A stretch of DNA of 64,000 bases from a virus (lineage: Duplodnaviria; Caudoviricetes), in the IMG/VR virus record IMGVR_UViG_3300031994_000035, positions 59,840 to 123,839 of that record; one strand, 5' to 3'. Made by a program: the position numbers and the translations under genes. Within the stretch, counting starts at the first letter, position 1; each line of letters begins with the position of its first letter. Below, piece by piece: positions 47,809 to 57,726 of this stretch. The notes below the pieces were generated by a model, which worked only from the letters and a program-made list of their open reading frames with translations, was not told the origin of the DNA and did not search any database.

Positions 47809-48288
47809 ATGAAAGAAAGTTTTATAAATGCTGCGATTAAAATGAAGGATGTTTTTGTTATGGCGTTCACGAACCTTAAGGAATTCCTTGTATACTGCTG
47901 TATGCTGCTAATATCACTTATGGCTCCTTACAAGGATGAGATCACATTTGTGTTCATACTTGTCGTGATTGACTGGATTATGGCGATGGTTATAAATGCC
48001 CGTAAGGGAAATTTAAGGTCTGCAAAGGTAAAGAATGTCGTAGGCAAAATCATATTTTATTCTTTAGGATACCTCATAGCAGGAGGTGTCGACAGGTTTG
48101 TAGGAATCAATTTTTTAGGAGCAGTCATATCGTCAGCCCTGTTCATATCAGAAATCCTGTCAATACTAGCGAATATGATGATCATATGGCCTGAAATCCC
48201 GGTACTTCCAAAGATTAAGAAATATTTTGAGAAAGAGCTTGAAAAGAAATTGAGTATTGAGAATGAAGACGACGAAGAAGAATTATAA
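47809..48288 (+). CDS. Holin (phage holin family 4-like)
   Basis: Several TMs; ID...SAK...KIIFY...EILSILAN; late promoter at 47769. Confidence 0.7.
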   Translation: MKESFINAAIKMKDVFVMAFTNLKEFLVYCCMLLISLMAPYKDEITFVFILVVIDWIMAMVINARKGNLRSAKVKNVVGKIIFYSLGYLIAGGVDRFVGINFLGAVISSALFISEILSILANMMIIWPEIPVLPKIKKYFEKELEKKLSIENEDDEEEL

Positions 48289-48314
48289 TCAAATTTACAT
48301 TTAAATTTAATAAC

Positions 48315-49028
48315 ATGGAAAATCAAAATTCATTTAGACAGCTTTTGACAGAAGGCGCAATTATGCGCATCAACGAAGGCTCAGGCGTGCAGCCGACACA
48401 GGAAGAATTGGAAACTGTAAAGAAAGTGATACGGGTAATATCAGCACACTGTCTGAAACTTACAGGCAAGCTGAGCGGCAGCGACAACCTGTTTGATACA
48501 ATATATGACAACGGATACTATGAAGACTGGAATGAGGCCGTTGACGGTGAAAACCCTCATTACGAACCTGCGACTTGGGATTATCCAGGTTCTGACGAAC
48601 AGGGATGGACTGCATACCAATGTTCAGTGTTCATAGGTATAAGAAAGGACGTATGCGATTCAGTCCTGGACTCATTGACGGTAAATAAGGATTTCTTTGC
48701 GACAGTTGAAGAGTCTAAGACGATATATGACTCAATTGTCGTTAAAAACAAGATAGAGGAAATAAACGCCGTATGTAACTCAGACAAGTATTATAAGATA
48801 GGCGTGTCTTTGGAAATCGAGACTACATGGAACAGTGAAGAAGAATATGACGAAGACGGACCTTGCGGATATATGAAGACAGATGAGGAAGTCAATGAAA
48901 AGAAAATTATTATAGCCGCTGTCAGAGGCAATGAGGCTATAGCAATTGAAAAGAACCTGTGGGATGAATATATTGACGAATTTGTAGACAACGAACTTGA
49001 CATACTTGAAAACGAATTTGAAAAATAA
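48315..49028 (+). CDS. Acidic putative internal head protein (SFRQLLTE...INE)
   Basis: Capsid-targeting-like leader with two L/I-x-E sites. Confidence 0.55.
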   Translation: MENQNSFRQLLTEGAIMRINEGSGVQPTQEELETVKKVIRVISAHCLKLTGKLSGSDNLFDTIYDNGYYEDWNEAVDGENPHYEPATWDYPGSDEQGWTAYQCSVFIGIRKDVCDSVLDSLTVNKDFFATVEESKTIYDSIVVKNKIEEINAVCNSDKYYKIGVSLEIETTWNSEEEYDEDGPCGYMKTDEEVNEKKIIIAAVRGNEAIAIEKNLWDEYIDEFVDNELDILENEFEK

Positions 49029-49068
49029 TATTACTAAATATGCCATAACAAAATTAAACCTAAAAATC

Positions 49069-49356
49069 ATGGAAAATTTAAAAACTTTTAATGCCTTCTG
49101 TGAAGGTGCTGACGTGACTCCAGAACCTAACAAGGCTGCATTGATTAACAAGGCCAAACAGAACATTGGTAATGAATACCGCATAGAACAGGCAGGATGG
49201 CAGGGCGATCATTGGCAGAGCGAATGGGGAGAAATTGAAGAAAAAGGTGTTCGCAGACACATGGGTGATGATGATGAATACGGTTTCTTGGATGTTTGGA
49301 ACGACATAGATGTCTATGTCCTTGAGGAAATCCTTAATAATATTTTGGAAAAATAA
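49069..49356 (+). CDS. Putative internal head protein (MENLKTFNAFCE)
   Basis: ATG at 49069; capsid-targeting-like leader. Confidence 0.6.
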   Translation: MENLKTFNAFCEGADVTPEPNKAALINKAKQNIGNEYRIEQAGWQGDHWQSEWGEIEEKGVRRHMGDDDEYGFLDVWNDIDVYVLEEILNNILEK

Positions 49357-49511
49357 AACATGGTTCAAAAGTTCCGGTAATATTGTTTTTTATAAATATC
49401 TATAGTTAAACACTGTTATGACGCCGGAAATTCTATCTATTTCTTCCATCGTATCCGGCGTTTTGCGGACTTGGTCGACATCTCCAAGTCCGTTTTTATT
49501 TTTATATTTTT

Positions 49512-49602
49512 TAAAAAATTTTTCAAAAATTGATCCAACTTTCAAAAATCTGTATTATATTTACCTCAACAAATTAATATTAACAAATTAAAACTTACAA
49601 CG
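49512..49602 (+). promoter_or_regulatory. Early promoter repeat, copy 2
   Basis: Near-identical to 3075-3166. Confidence 0.8.
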
Positions 49603-49824
49603 ATGGAGGACAAAGAATTACATACTACGAGGAATTACACACGTACTGTAAGTGATGTTACATGGTGCTACGTAGTGACGATAGTACTTGCAATTATGAA
49701 GGCATTCGGATGTATCGACGCATCTTGGAGCGTGGTCATGTCTCCAATAATCATACCATATGCAATTGTCTTTCTATTATGGCTGTTCCTTGTAATCCTG
49801 AAAATCATCAAGAAGATATCTTAA
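49603..49824 (+). CDS. Small membrane protein
   Basis: LAIMKAFGCIDASWSVVMSP TM pattern. Confidence 0.7.
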   Translation: MEDKELHTTRNYTRTVSDVTWCYVVTIVLAIMKAFGCIDASWSVVMSPIIIPYAIVFLLWLFLVILKIIKKIS

Positions 49825-49849
49825 AATTAACATTAAATTATATTCAGCT

Positions 49850-50146
49850 ATGGCAAAGAAAAGTTCAATATGGGTCGGTAAAGAAGCCTACCAGTATTTA
49901 CTGACATTATCAATAACTCAAAGATGTGGTTACAAGCCTGATACAGAAACTTTGGATAAGAAGTGGAAGACAAAATTGTCAACAGCAGGTACCAATGGCA
50001 TGGTACAGTTGACGGATAATGATCTTGGAGGAGCAGATTCAGTCGGAATCTGGTATAGCTGGTCTCTTGACGACATGAAGTACTTCTTAAAAAGAAAAGG
50101 CTTGAAATGGCAGAGAGGCAAGATGGTCGAATATGTCGGTATCTGA
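49850..50146 (+). CDS. Hypothetical protein
   Basis: 98-aa ORF. Confidence 0.65.
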   Translation: MAKKSSIWVGKEAYQYLLTLSITQRCGYKPDTETLDKKWKTKLSTAGTNGMVQLTDNDLGGADSVGIWYSWSLDDMKYFLKRKGLKWQRGKMVEYVGI

Positions 50147-50179
50147 CGTTATTATTGATTAACATTAATATTAAAGATT

Positions 50180-51052
50180 ATGAAATTTGAGGTTGTAAAG
50201 AATAATAAGAGCATTACGAAATGCCTTGATGCCGTTGTCAAGTATGACTGCAAAGACGGTTCCGATTTTCTTTTGTCATATGACGAGGTTAATGAATATG
50301 TAAAGAGCAAGAACCTCTTTGAAGACCTTGTTGACGGAACTTTTGTCATCAAGCGCATAGGCATAAAGATTGTCACCTTGTGGAATGACGGGCATGAAAG
50401 CAAAATCAAAAAAGAATTTACAGTGTACCATAATTCGATAGGCGTGCGTACCAACTATAAAAAGAAATATGTTGTTTCAATATGTCACGACAGAAATGAG
50501 AAATACTTCGAACAGGCATGTTCGGAAGTCAAGAAAATTTCATGCTACATCTTTATAGACGATTTCAATAAAGGAATATCTCAGGATTATCTGGTAAGAT
50601 CCGTAACTCCTGATGAATTCAAGGTTTCAAATAGAGGCGGAAAGCAGAAAGCGACAAGAGAGATAGAACAGAATTGGAGCGAGTCTGTGGACAAGCTGGT
50701 CGCATACAGGGGATTGCCGTCCGACAACTACATCAGCAGCTACCTTAACTCATGCAAATTGTCGACAGGCAACAGGGATAAGTCTGCTAAGTCGTCAAAG
50801 ATAAACGAACTGCTGCAGATTCCGTTGAAGCAGTCGAGCGAGAAGCAGCAGACATATCTGTTGAAGCTTCTTGACGGCCGGTGCACAAACCTTGATGTGT
50901 CTCTCCTTAACACCTATCAGAGTGGCGCATTGATAGACAACCTGACATATGAACCTGTTTCAGGCGCCGACTGTGTTCAAAATGAGGAACAGTTTTTGGA
51001 ACTGTATACATTCTTCCTTAAAAGACAATGGGAAGGAATCAAAAATTTTTAA
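50180..51052 (+). CDS. Hypothetical protein
   Basis: 290-aa ORF. Confidence 0.75.
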   Translation: MKFEVVKNNKSITKCLDAVVKYDCKDGSDFLLSYDEVNEYVKSKNLFEDLVDGTFVIKRIGIKIVTLWNDGHESKIKKEFTVYHNSIGVRTNYKKKYVVSICHDRNEKYFEQACSEVKKISCYIFIDDFNKGISQDYLVRSVTPDEFKVSNRGGKQKATREIEQNWSESVDKLVAYRGLPSDNYISSYLNSCKLSTGNRDKSAKSSKINELLQIPLKQSSEKQQTYLLKLLDGRCTNLDVSLLNTYQSGALIDNLTYEPVSGADCVQNEEQFLELYTFFLKRQWEGIKNF

Positions 51053-51144
51053 TATTAAACTAAATAATGGGTGTTGTTTATTATAAATTAGTTTAATGAT
51101 TATAAGTAACACAATAGTTATATCAAATAAAATCTTAAATAATT

Positions 51145-51882
51145 ATGGCAAAAGAAAGAAAATTGAAAATTGGGAATTTTGAAATCGTTTGCTGGAAGGA
51201 TTTTCCTTGTTTTAGACTGACATTCGCAAAGTGCGGATATTTCGACGGAAGACCTGAAATAAAAATTGGTGCCATCTTTTGGACCATCGTAATAAAATTG
51301 CCGTTCATAAACAAGAAATGGGAAGAGGAATGCGATGCGCCGGAGTACGGTATCGCAATACACAATAACTCATTCTGGTTGTATTATGGTGGTAAAGGCA
51401 ATATGAACGGAGGCACAAAGTGGATTGCATGGGACATTCCGTTTGTCACCCGTTGTTTTTACAAGTATGAAGTCTGGTGTAAGGACGGAAACTGGCTTGA
51501 CGCTACAGACCATTCCGTGTATGAGAAGCAGGTAGGCTACTTGAATTATTGTGATAAGGATAAGCGTCCTACAGACGCCGCAGTATATGAAGGTGTCTGG
51601 AAGGATTTCGACGGTGAAGAAGTTCCTGCAATATACCGTCTCGAAAGAAGGACATGGAGACGAAAATGGCTGATGTGGACAAAATTATTTGACATGCAAT
51701 CTACAGATATAGAGGTTTCATTTAAGACCGATGTAGGAAGGAGTAAGAATTCTTGGAAAGGAGGAGTATGTTGTACAGGTTTCAAGATTAAACCTGGCGA
51801 ACTCGTCCATGAATGCTTTGAAAGGGCAAACAGAGAAGAAAATGAAAAAGGCTTGAACATAAATGATGTACAATTATGTTAG
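51145..51882 (+). CDS. Hypothetical protein
   Basis: 245 aa, Trp-rich, with SWKGG. Confidence 0.75.
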   Translation: MAKERKLKIGNFEIVCWKDFPCFRLTFAKCGYFDGRPEIKIGAIFWTIVIKLPFINKKWEEECDAPEYGIAIHNNSFWLYYGGKGNMNGGTKWIAWDIPFVTRCFYKYEVWCKDGNWLDATDHSVYEKQVGYLNYCDKDKRPTDAAVYEGVWKDFDGEEVPAIYRLERRTWRRKWLMWTKLFDMQSTDIEVSFKTDVGRSKNSWKGGVCCTGFKIKPGELVHECFERANREENEKGLNINDVQLC

Positions 51883-52430
51883 GAGAACTTACAACAAGCG
51901 ATGCTCTGCATGAAGAGCTTAGAAAAAAGAATGAGAAACTCAATAAGGAAAATCCTGATTTGAAGTTTGACTACAGGGACTGGCTTCCTACGGAAAATCC
52001 TGTAAAAGGTGTGTACATAGGAAACTATCAGTTTATGTCGTTTCTTTACGACCAGACTAAGGATTTAGGTCAGGATTTCTGGTGGTCTTTCAATGAAAGC
52101 GACTACTGCAGGATGGAGAATGGAAAGCTTGTAAAGAATAAGGAGTACCTTGGTAGTTGCTATGGTTTATGCGATAACTATGGACAGGCGTTGAAGTACC
52201 TGAAGAAGTACGTGTCATGTAAGGATAAGACTTTCGTAGTATACATGCATCCAATCTGGCAGGAAAAGGAGAATGCTGGCAAATACGGCGGGTTCCGACC
52301 TTACAAGAACGGCGAGTACATAGGAAAGTACAAAGAGGAAATAGAGTCGTGTGAGTATTTCGACGATATTGATTTTCCTGATGATTTTCCTGGTTATATC
52401 TATTCCTTCCATGCAATAAGAATAAATTGA
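51876..52430 (+). CDS. Hypothetical protein
   Basis: YGLCDN...GG.R..K.G.YIG pattern. Confidence 0.75.
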   Translation: MLGELTTSDALHEELRKKNEKLNKENPDLKFDYRDWLPTENPVKGVYIGNYQFMSFLYDQTKDLGQDFWWSFNESDYCRMENGKLVKNKEYLGSCYGLCDNYGQALKYLKKYVSCKDKTFVVYMHPIWQEKENAGKYGGFRPYKNGEYIGKYKEEIESCEYFDDIDFPDDFPGYIYSFHAIRIN

Positions 52431-52431
52431 C

Positions 52432-52812
52432 ATGACAAAAGAAGAAAGACAAATATTACTTGAATATCTTTGTACTATGGTTCCATATGGGATTATAGTA
52501 GTAGATATATCTTTACCACCTACAAGAATACGGACGCATAAATTGCTTGGTGTGGATTTATTGAACGGTGACCGTATTGATGCAGGTGATTATTACCACA
52601 ACAGTTATTCAACTTTAAACATTAGGCCATACTTGCGTTCAATGTCAAGTATGACAGATAAAGAGAAGGATACTTATGATAAATTGGTTATGTGTAACAA
52701 ACCTTGGATAGCCGTTAATTGGCTTAACAAACACTATTTCGACTATCTTGGACTTATTAAATCAGGTCTTGCCCTTGAAGCGCCTGAAGGGATATATAAC
52801 TTAAATAGTTAA
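52432..52812 (+). CDS. 'LLKDLCARLPY' paralog family protein (diverged)
   Basis: RPYLRSMSSMT and FDYLGLIKSGLALEAPEG. Confidence 0.8.
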   Translation: MTKEERQILLEYLCTMVPYGIIVVDISLPPTRIRTHKLLGVDLLNGDRIDAGDYYHNSYSTLNIRPYLRSMSSMTDKEKDTYDKLVMCNKPWIAVNWLNKHYFDYLGLIKSGLALEAPEGIYNLNS

Positions 52813-52816
52813 AATT

Positions 52817-53164
52817 ATGGCTACTTATATTCAATTTTTATCATATAAACGAAAACTGCCTTGGTATAAAAGGATTCTGTTCCCGTTATTCTTGAATAAG
52901 AAGGAATGTGATGATTTTGTCAAGAGATTCTGTGTTGAGCAGACAACAATGGAAAAATATCAGGATTTATTATACTTCGCATATAAGAAATACGAAGAGG
53001 ATCCTTGTTATGAGAATCAGCAGACTATAAAATTTTATGAAGATCTAATCAAATTTGAAAGACAATATCAAAGAAGAGAGGCTGAACGACAATATCATAA
53101 AATAGCAGGAAAGCAATTAAATGATAATTACCATAAAAATTCCATTTATCCATCTATACAATAA
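52817..53164 (+). CDS. Hypothetical protein
   Basis: 115-aa ORF. Confidence 0.65.
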   Translation: MATYIQFLSYKRKLPWYKRILFPLFLNKKECDDFVKRFCVEQTTMEKYQDLLYFAYKKYEEDPCYENQQTIKFYEDLIKFERQYQRREAERQYHKIAGKQLNDNYHKNSIYPSIQ

Positions 53165-53196
53165 TATTGTTTTTATAAAATATAAATTTCCTAAAT

Positions 53197-53511
53197 ATGA
53201 GTTGGAGAAATAATACTGATTTTGATGTTAAATGGCTGAGACAAAATGAGTTTCTTAACAATGAATCTGGAATGTTCAGATATAGGGAGCTCATGGACTT
53301 CAATGGATCAAAGGTGATAAAAGTTTTAATCACAATCGATCTTGAAATACCATCCGTCAGCGGAATTTTCTTTCAATATTGTGATTCACATGGACATTTA
53401 GAACATTGTGAATACAATGGTGAAATAATATCAAAGAAAAAACTAATACTGCTTCTGAAAGCAATTTATCCTGACTTGGCAAAGAAGTTTAACGATAAAA
53501 TAGAGGAATAA
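53197..53511 (+). CDS. Hypothetical protein
   Basis: 104-aa ORF flanked by a 26-bp direct repeat. Confidence 0.65.
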   Translation: MSWRNNTDFDVKWLRQNEFLNNESGMFRYRELMDFNGSKVIKVLITIDLEIPSVSGIFFQYCDSHGHLEHCEYNGEIISKKKLILLLKAIYPDLAKKFNDKIEE

Positions 53512-53563
53512 AATAGATTGAAAAAATAATACTGATTTTGATGTTAAATAAAAGTCAAGAATT

Positions 53564-54175
53564 ATGATAAAGGAATTCATATTCAAAAGAAAAGTAATAC
53601 GGTTCTTCAAAAGATTGGCGTCGCTGAAGGCTTTCGGTTACTGTACATACGAGAACAGGCACTTCGACGACCGTTACCTCATACATATAACAAAATCCTG
53701 GCAGCTTGACGTGATTGAGGAGCTTGACGCATACGAAGCATTTAAAGGTTTTAAGATAAGATATCCTGAGAACAGCGACGAATGGATTGACCTTAAAATG
53801 GTCTTCTCACTCATAACACATAATAAAATTATCAAGCTTACTGACAAATCCGACAGCATACATAATGCAAAGATGTACTTCGGAAAGGACGGTTTCGAGA
53901 TACACGCATACGATGACTGTGACGAAATCATACGCATTAGTATGGCTTCTTTTGATAAGTTTCAGAATCGGAAATGTAAGTCGAATAAGGACACAATGAC
54001 ATACAAGCTTTCAATAAAGGAACAGGAAAGGCAATGGATGTTCAATGACGTACATTGTCATTGCGGAGGCCATACTGAGACAATATTTGTTACAAACAAT
54101 ATCGGGATGTGCACAAAGATGCGGTGTACCGGCTGCAGAGAAGAAGTCGATATTACCGATGTGAATTGCTGGTAG
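53564..54175 (+). CDS. Hypothetical protein with C-terminal Zn ribbon
   Basis: HCHCGG...CTGC...DITD. Confidence 0.7.
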   Translation: MIKEFIFKRKVIRFFKRLASLKAFGYCTYENRHFDDRYLIHITKSWQLDVIEELDAYEAFKGFKIRYPENSDEWIDLKMVFSLITHNKIIKLTDKSDSIHNAKMYFGKDGFEIHAYDDCDEIIRISMASFDKFQNRKCKSNKDTMTYKLSIKEQERQWMFNDVHCHCGGHTETIFVTNNIGMCTKMRCTGCREEVDITDVNCW

Positions 54176-54234
54176 AATTGATATATTGATTATTATAGTT
54201 TAAATTTTATAAAAACAATTAAAAGAGTATAATT

Positions 54235-54696
54235 ATGGATAGAAAAGAAGCAGTAGAAATTGTAAGAAAGAATTTTCCTGACAGCAGCTTCACTATGTTG
54301 CGTAAGGCACTGAAAATCTTAATCCCCGAACTCAAAGAGAGTGAGGATGAACGAATAAAACAAGCACTATTAGAATTCTTTTCAGCTGGAGCAAAGAATA
54401 ATGAAACGACTTGTGATATTCCTGACTCTAAAATTGTTTCTTGGCTTGAAAAGCAAGGCAAGAAATCCGAATGGAGTGAAGAGGATGAATTAAATCACAA
54501 ACAGGCAATATATGTGTGTCATCAAAATGGATATACTGCTGTTGAAAATTGGCTTAAATCACTTAAACCACAAAATAAATGGAAACCAAGTGAGGAACAA
54601 ATGCAGACAATTCACATGTTAATGACGTCAGCTTCATCATTTCCTGAAGATAAACGTGTACTTACGGCTCTATATGAAGATTTATTAAAATTATAA
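54235..54696 (+). CDS. 'LIPELKESEDE...WLEKQG' family protein
   Basis: N-terminus nearly identical to 2000; C-terminal WKPSEEQM. Confidence 0.8.
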   Translation: MDRKEAVEIVRKNFPDSSFTMLRKALKILIPELKESEDERIKQALLEFFSAGAKNNETTCDIPDSKIVSWLEKQGKKSEWSEEDELNHKQAIYVCHQNGYTAVENWLKSLKPQNKWKPSEEQMQTIHMLMTSASSFPEDKRVLTALYEDLLKL

Positions 54697-54702
54697 GTCA
54701 CT

Positions 54703-54936
54703 ATGGCATTCTTAATACCGTGCTCAGTTTCTTGTAAACTCGACAATGACATAGATTTTGTAAAAGGTAAAAAATATCTGTGTACGTCAAATTTATACTT
54801 TGCACCTAACGGATATTCATGGACTAAAGGAAAAGTCTACGAATGTACACAGTCTTACAGTATTCCATGTAACAATAATATACAGATAAGTCAATGGAAG
54901 ATAGTTTCAAGATATTTGAATTTTAAAGAGATATAG
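54703..54936 (+). CDS. Hypothetical protein
   Basis: 77-aa ORF. Confidence 0.6.
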   Translation: MAFLIPCSVSCKLDNDIDFVKGKKYLCTSNLYFAPNGYSWTKGKVYECTQSYSIPCNNNIQISQWKIVSRYLNFKEI

Positions 54937-54996
54937 AATTTATATTTCGGTTATTATGATTTAAAAACAATTAATAAAATATAAATTAAACATAAT

Positions 54997-55554
54997 ATGA
55001 CTGTAAAAGAAACTGTTAGAGAGAATCTGTTAAATTATCCGCTCTTGTTCAAGAATGCTCTTAATGTCTATGATCATCTTTTCTGTGTATGCGGCAACGG
55101 CTACAGGTGGAAAGATGGTGAACTAGTTTCGAAATACACAAATAGAGTAGTGAAGACGAAAGCAGGAGCAATGTTCTGCCAGATTAAAAATCTCATAACG
55201 GACAGGATGAAGTGGAAGGTATTGAAGCTTACGGGACCAGTGAATGCAACAAGGGCGATAATGCGCAGAGGACGTATATTAGTCTCTCGTATCTTAGATG
55301 TTGACAAGAACATCAATGACTTCAGCATCAAAGTTGATGAAGAGATGTATAAATATTTCAAAGACTACAAGTTCAGCTTCTATCCTTTGTGTGAATACTC
55401 AGCGATATGCAATCTTCCAGATGACATAAAATCAGACTGGCTAGAAGCTGCTAAGAAGATGTATGAGATCATGGTTGCGAATCCAGATGCTCTTGATAGT
55501 GGTAAGAGATGGTTGCCAATCATAAAAGAACGAATTGAAGAACTTGAAAGCTAG
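54997..55554 (+). CDS. Hypothetical protein
   Basis: 185-aa ORF. Confidence 0.75.
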   Translation: MTVKETVRENLLNYPLLFKNALNVYDHLFCVCGNGYRWKDGELVSKYTNRVVKTKAGAMFCQIKNLITDRMKWKVLKLTGPVNATRAIMRRGRILVSRILDVDKNINDFSIKVDEEMYKYFKDYKFSFYPLCEYSAICNLPDDIKSDWLEAAKKMYEIMVANPDALDSGKRWLPIIKERIEELES

Positions 55555-55608
55555 ACAATAAGTTTTCAATGACATTCAAATATCCTGAATATTCATAATA
55601 CTAAGAAT

Positions 55609-55699
55609 TGTAAAAAATTTTCCAAGATTTTGATCCAACTTTTAAAAAGTCGTATTATATTTACCTCAACAAATTAATATTAACATTAATGAGGAAATT
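55609..55699 (+). promoter_or_regulatory. Early promoter repeat, copy 3
   Basis: Near-identical to 3075-3166. Confidence 0.8.
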
Positions 55700-56464
55700 A
55701 TGGAAACAATAGGATTTGGAGGTACATATTACACGTTATGGTATGTATATGAAAACGACGGATATGTTCATTATGACTACGTTAAAAACATATCGACTGA
55801 CGAAGAGAAGGCTAAAAGACTTTATCCTGAAGCCGACATCGATATGAGTCTCAAAGGTAATCACAGCTTTACAAGAAAAATAGAAGATTCTTTGGAGAAT
55901 GACTGCTTCAAAGGAGGTATGTATAAAGGTGTGAAATTCGAGAATTGCCATGATGATGACTATATGCTGTGGTGGTATAACAATGGAGGGAGCTGCGATT
56001 GTCTTAGACAGGTTTTGGAAAGCCGTGGATACAAGTTCTATGACGACAGAATGATGACTGAAGAAGAATATACGAAGTTTACTCAACGTGACAAAACTCG
56101 TGAAGATGAAGCTTTTAATATCAATAAGGCGCTTGAGAAATCTCTGCCATTCACATGTTCGTCGTCGAACAGTGTAAGATGCGATTACGGCTATCCGTTA
56201 CCTGACAGCTGTCAGCTTGTTCTTGATAGGATAAATGATATTGAGATTGAGCACACGAATGTCGTTCTTATGTTTAAGGAGTATAAGGAAACATTTTACA
56301 GAATTTTGCCGTGCCGTAATGGAAAAGGTGTCGTTGTAAGGAATAAGAATATCGAAGTGACGGATTATATTGTTATGACAAGGACATTTCTTACAAGTGT
56401 TTCTTATTACATAATAGTAAATGATTTCAGGATTATTAAGGACAAAGCGGCAAAGAGCGAATAA
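55700..56464 (+). CDS. Hypothetical protein
   Basis: 254-aa ORF. Confidence 0.75.
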   Translation: METIGFGGTYYTLWYVYENDGYVHYDYVKNISTDEEKAKRLYPEADIDMSLKGNHSFTRKIEDSLENDCFKGGMYKGVKFENCHDDDYMLWWYNNGGSCDCLRQVLESRGYKFYDDRMMTEEEYTKFTQRDKTREDEAFNINKALEKSLPFTCSSSNSVRCDYGYPLPDSCQLVLDRINDIEIEHTNVVLMFKEYKETFYRILPCRNGKGVVVRNKNIEVTDYIVMTRTFLTSVSYYIIVNDFRIIKDKAAKSE

Positions 56465-56619
56465 GAAGATGAGATGCTTACATCAGATGACTTAAAGGAG
56501 TCTGCTATGAAATGTGCTGAAGCTGAAAGATGTTTCGGAATCTTGAAGGATGATGAAAATGTGAAGCAGATATAGAGTTATATATAACAAATTAGTATTA
56601 ACATTAAAATTAAACGGAT

Positions 56620-57138
56620 ATGAAAGAAGTTGTAGAAAGTGAAACAAAGACTGTGACGGTTGAAAAGACCAAATATGTCGCATGTGACGGCATGGAATTC
56701 ACAAACCGCGTAGATTGCCTCCGTCATGAAATCAAGTCAAAAGCAAACGAGTATTGGACCAAATTCTCAGTCATTAAACTTGTACCTGAAATAAATGGAA
56801 TCTACCAAGACTTAGAAGAGATTCTTGTACGGTACAATGAAAAGTATGATGCCGAATTTCGTGAATTCCTCAAGTATTTCGAGGTAGTAACAATTTATGG
56901 AAACGCACGATATCTTCGTGATATTCGTAAAAAAGATTTGGATGATTTTGAAGCAACAATAGACAATTACAAGTTTGTTGACGACGAATATTACAAAGTA
57001 ATCATAAATGATATCCGTAATGAGGATGCTTGTGATACGTTCGGAATTGTTATCGAGGATTCGGAAATGCATCGTAAAAGGATTCTTGATATGATTAAGG
57101 AGTATGAGGAATCATTCGATAAAAAATTTGAATTGTAA
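56620..57138 (+). CDS. Hypothetical protein
   Basis: Preceded by the 3' half of the repeat; stop codon lies inside the next repeat copy. Confidence 0.75.
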   Translation: MKEVVESETKTVTVEKTKYVACDGMEFTNRVDCLRHEIKSKANEYWTKFSVIKLVPEINGIYQDLEEILVRYNEKYDAEFREFLKYFEVVTIYGNARYLRDIRKKDLDDFEATIDNYKFVDDEYYKVIINDIRNEDACDTFGIVIEDSEMHRKRILDMIKEYEESFDKKFEL

Positions 57139-57225
57139 AAATTTTTCAAGATTTTGATCCAACTTTCAAAATGTTGTATTATATTTACCTCAATAAATTA
57201 ATATTAACATTAAAATTAAACGGAT
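57134..57225 (+). promoter_or_regulatory. Early promoter repeat, copy 4
   Basis: Near-identical to 3075-3166. Confidence 0.8.
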
Positions 57226-57714
57226 ATGAAAGCACAGAAGATATGCATGCCTGGAGATATGAAGTCTTACATCCTTAGTGACGACTTCTATATGTTCCGT
57301 AATGACCCTGAAGAAAAAGAATGGGCCAAGAAGGCAATCAAGTTCATAGAAGATGGAAAATCATGGTATATTTCACCTGAAGTCTTAAAATTGCAGCAGG
57401 TAAAGAGACGTGAATACATCGACTTTTCAAAATGCTCAACAATCGATGAGATGATTGGTGTTTTGTATGATTTGAAGACAAAGGGATATTCAGATATCGA
57501 ATGCGAGGAAACATATGATGACAAAGACATCATATACGACATCATATACGCATACAAACTTGGCAAGGAAGACAAGCGTGAATATTCCGACAGGGTCGGC
57601 AATTACATAAAGGATGTCATCAGTTCATTAAAAGATGAAGAAAACCGCAAGAAACTTGAAAAGATTAAAAGCCTTGAAAACCAAATCAAGGAAATAAAAG
57701 ATACATTGTATTAA
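57226..57714 (+). CDS. Hypothetical protein (distant paralog of 58229)
   Basis: Shared E.K.E...R plus coiled-coil tail. Confidence 0.7.
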   Translation: MKAQKICMPGDMKSYILSDDFYMFRNDPEEKEWAKKAIKFIEDGKSWYISPEVLKLQQVKRREYIDFSKCSTIDEMIGVLYDLKTKGYSDIECEETYDDKDIIYDIIYAYKLGKEDKREYSDRVGNYIKDVISSLKDEENRKKLEKIKSLENQIKEIKDTLY

Positions 57715-57726
57715 ATTATAATAGTT

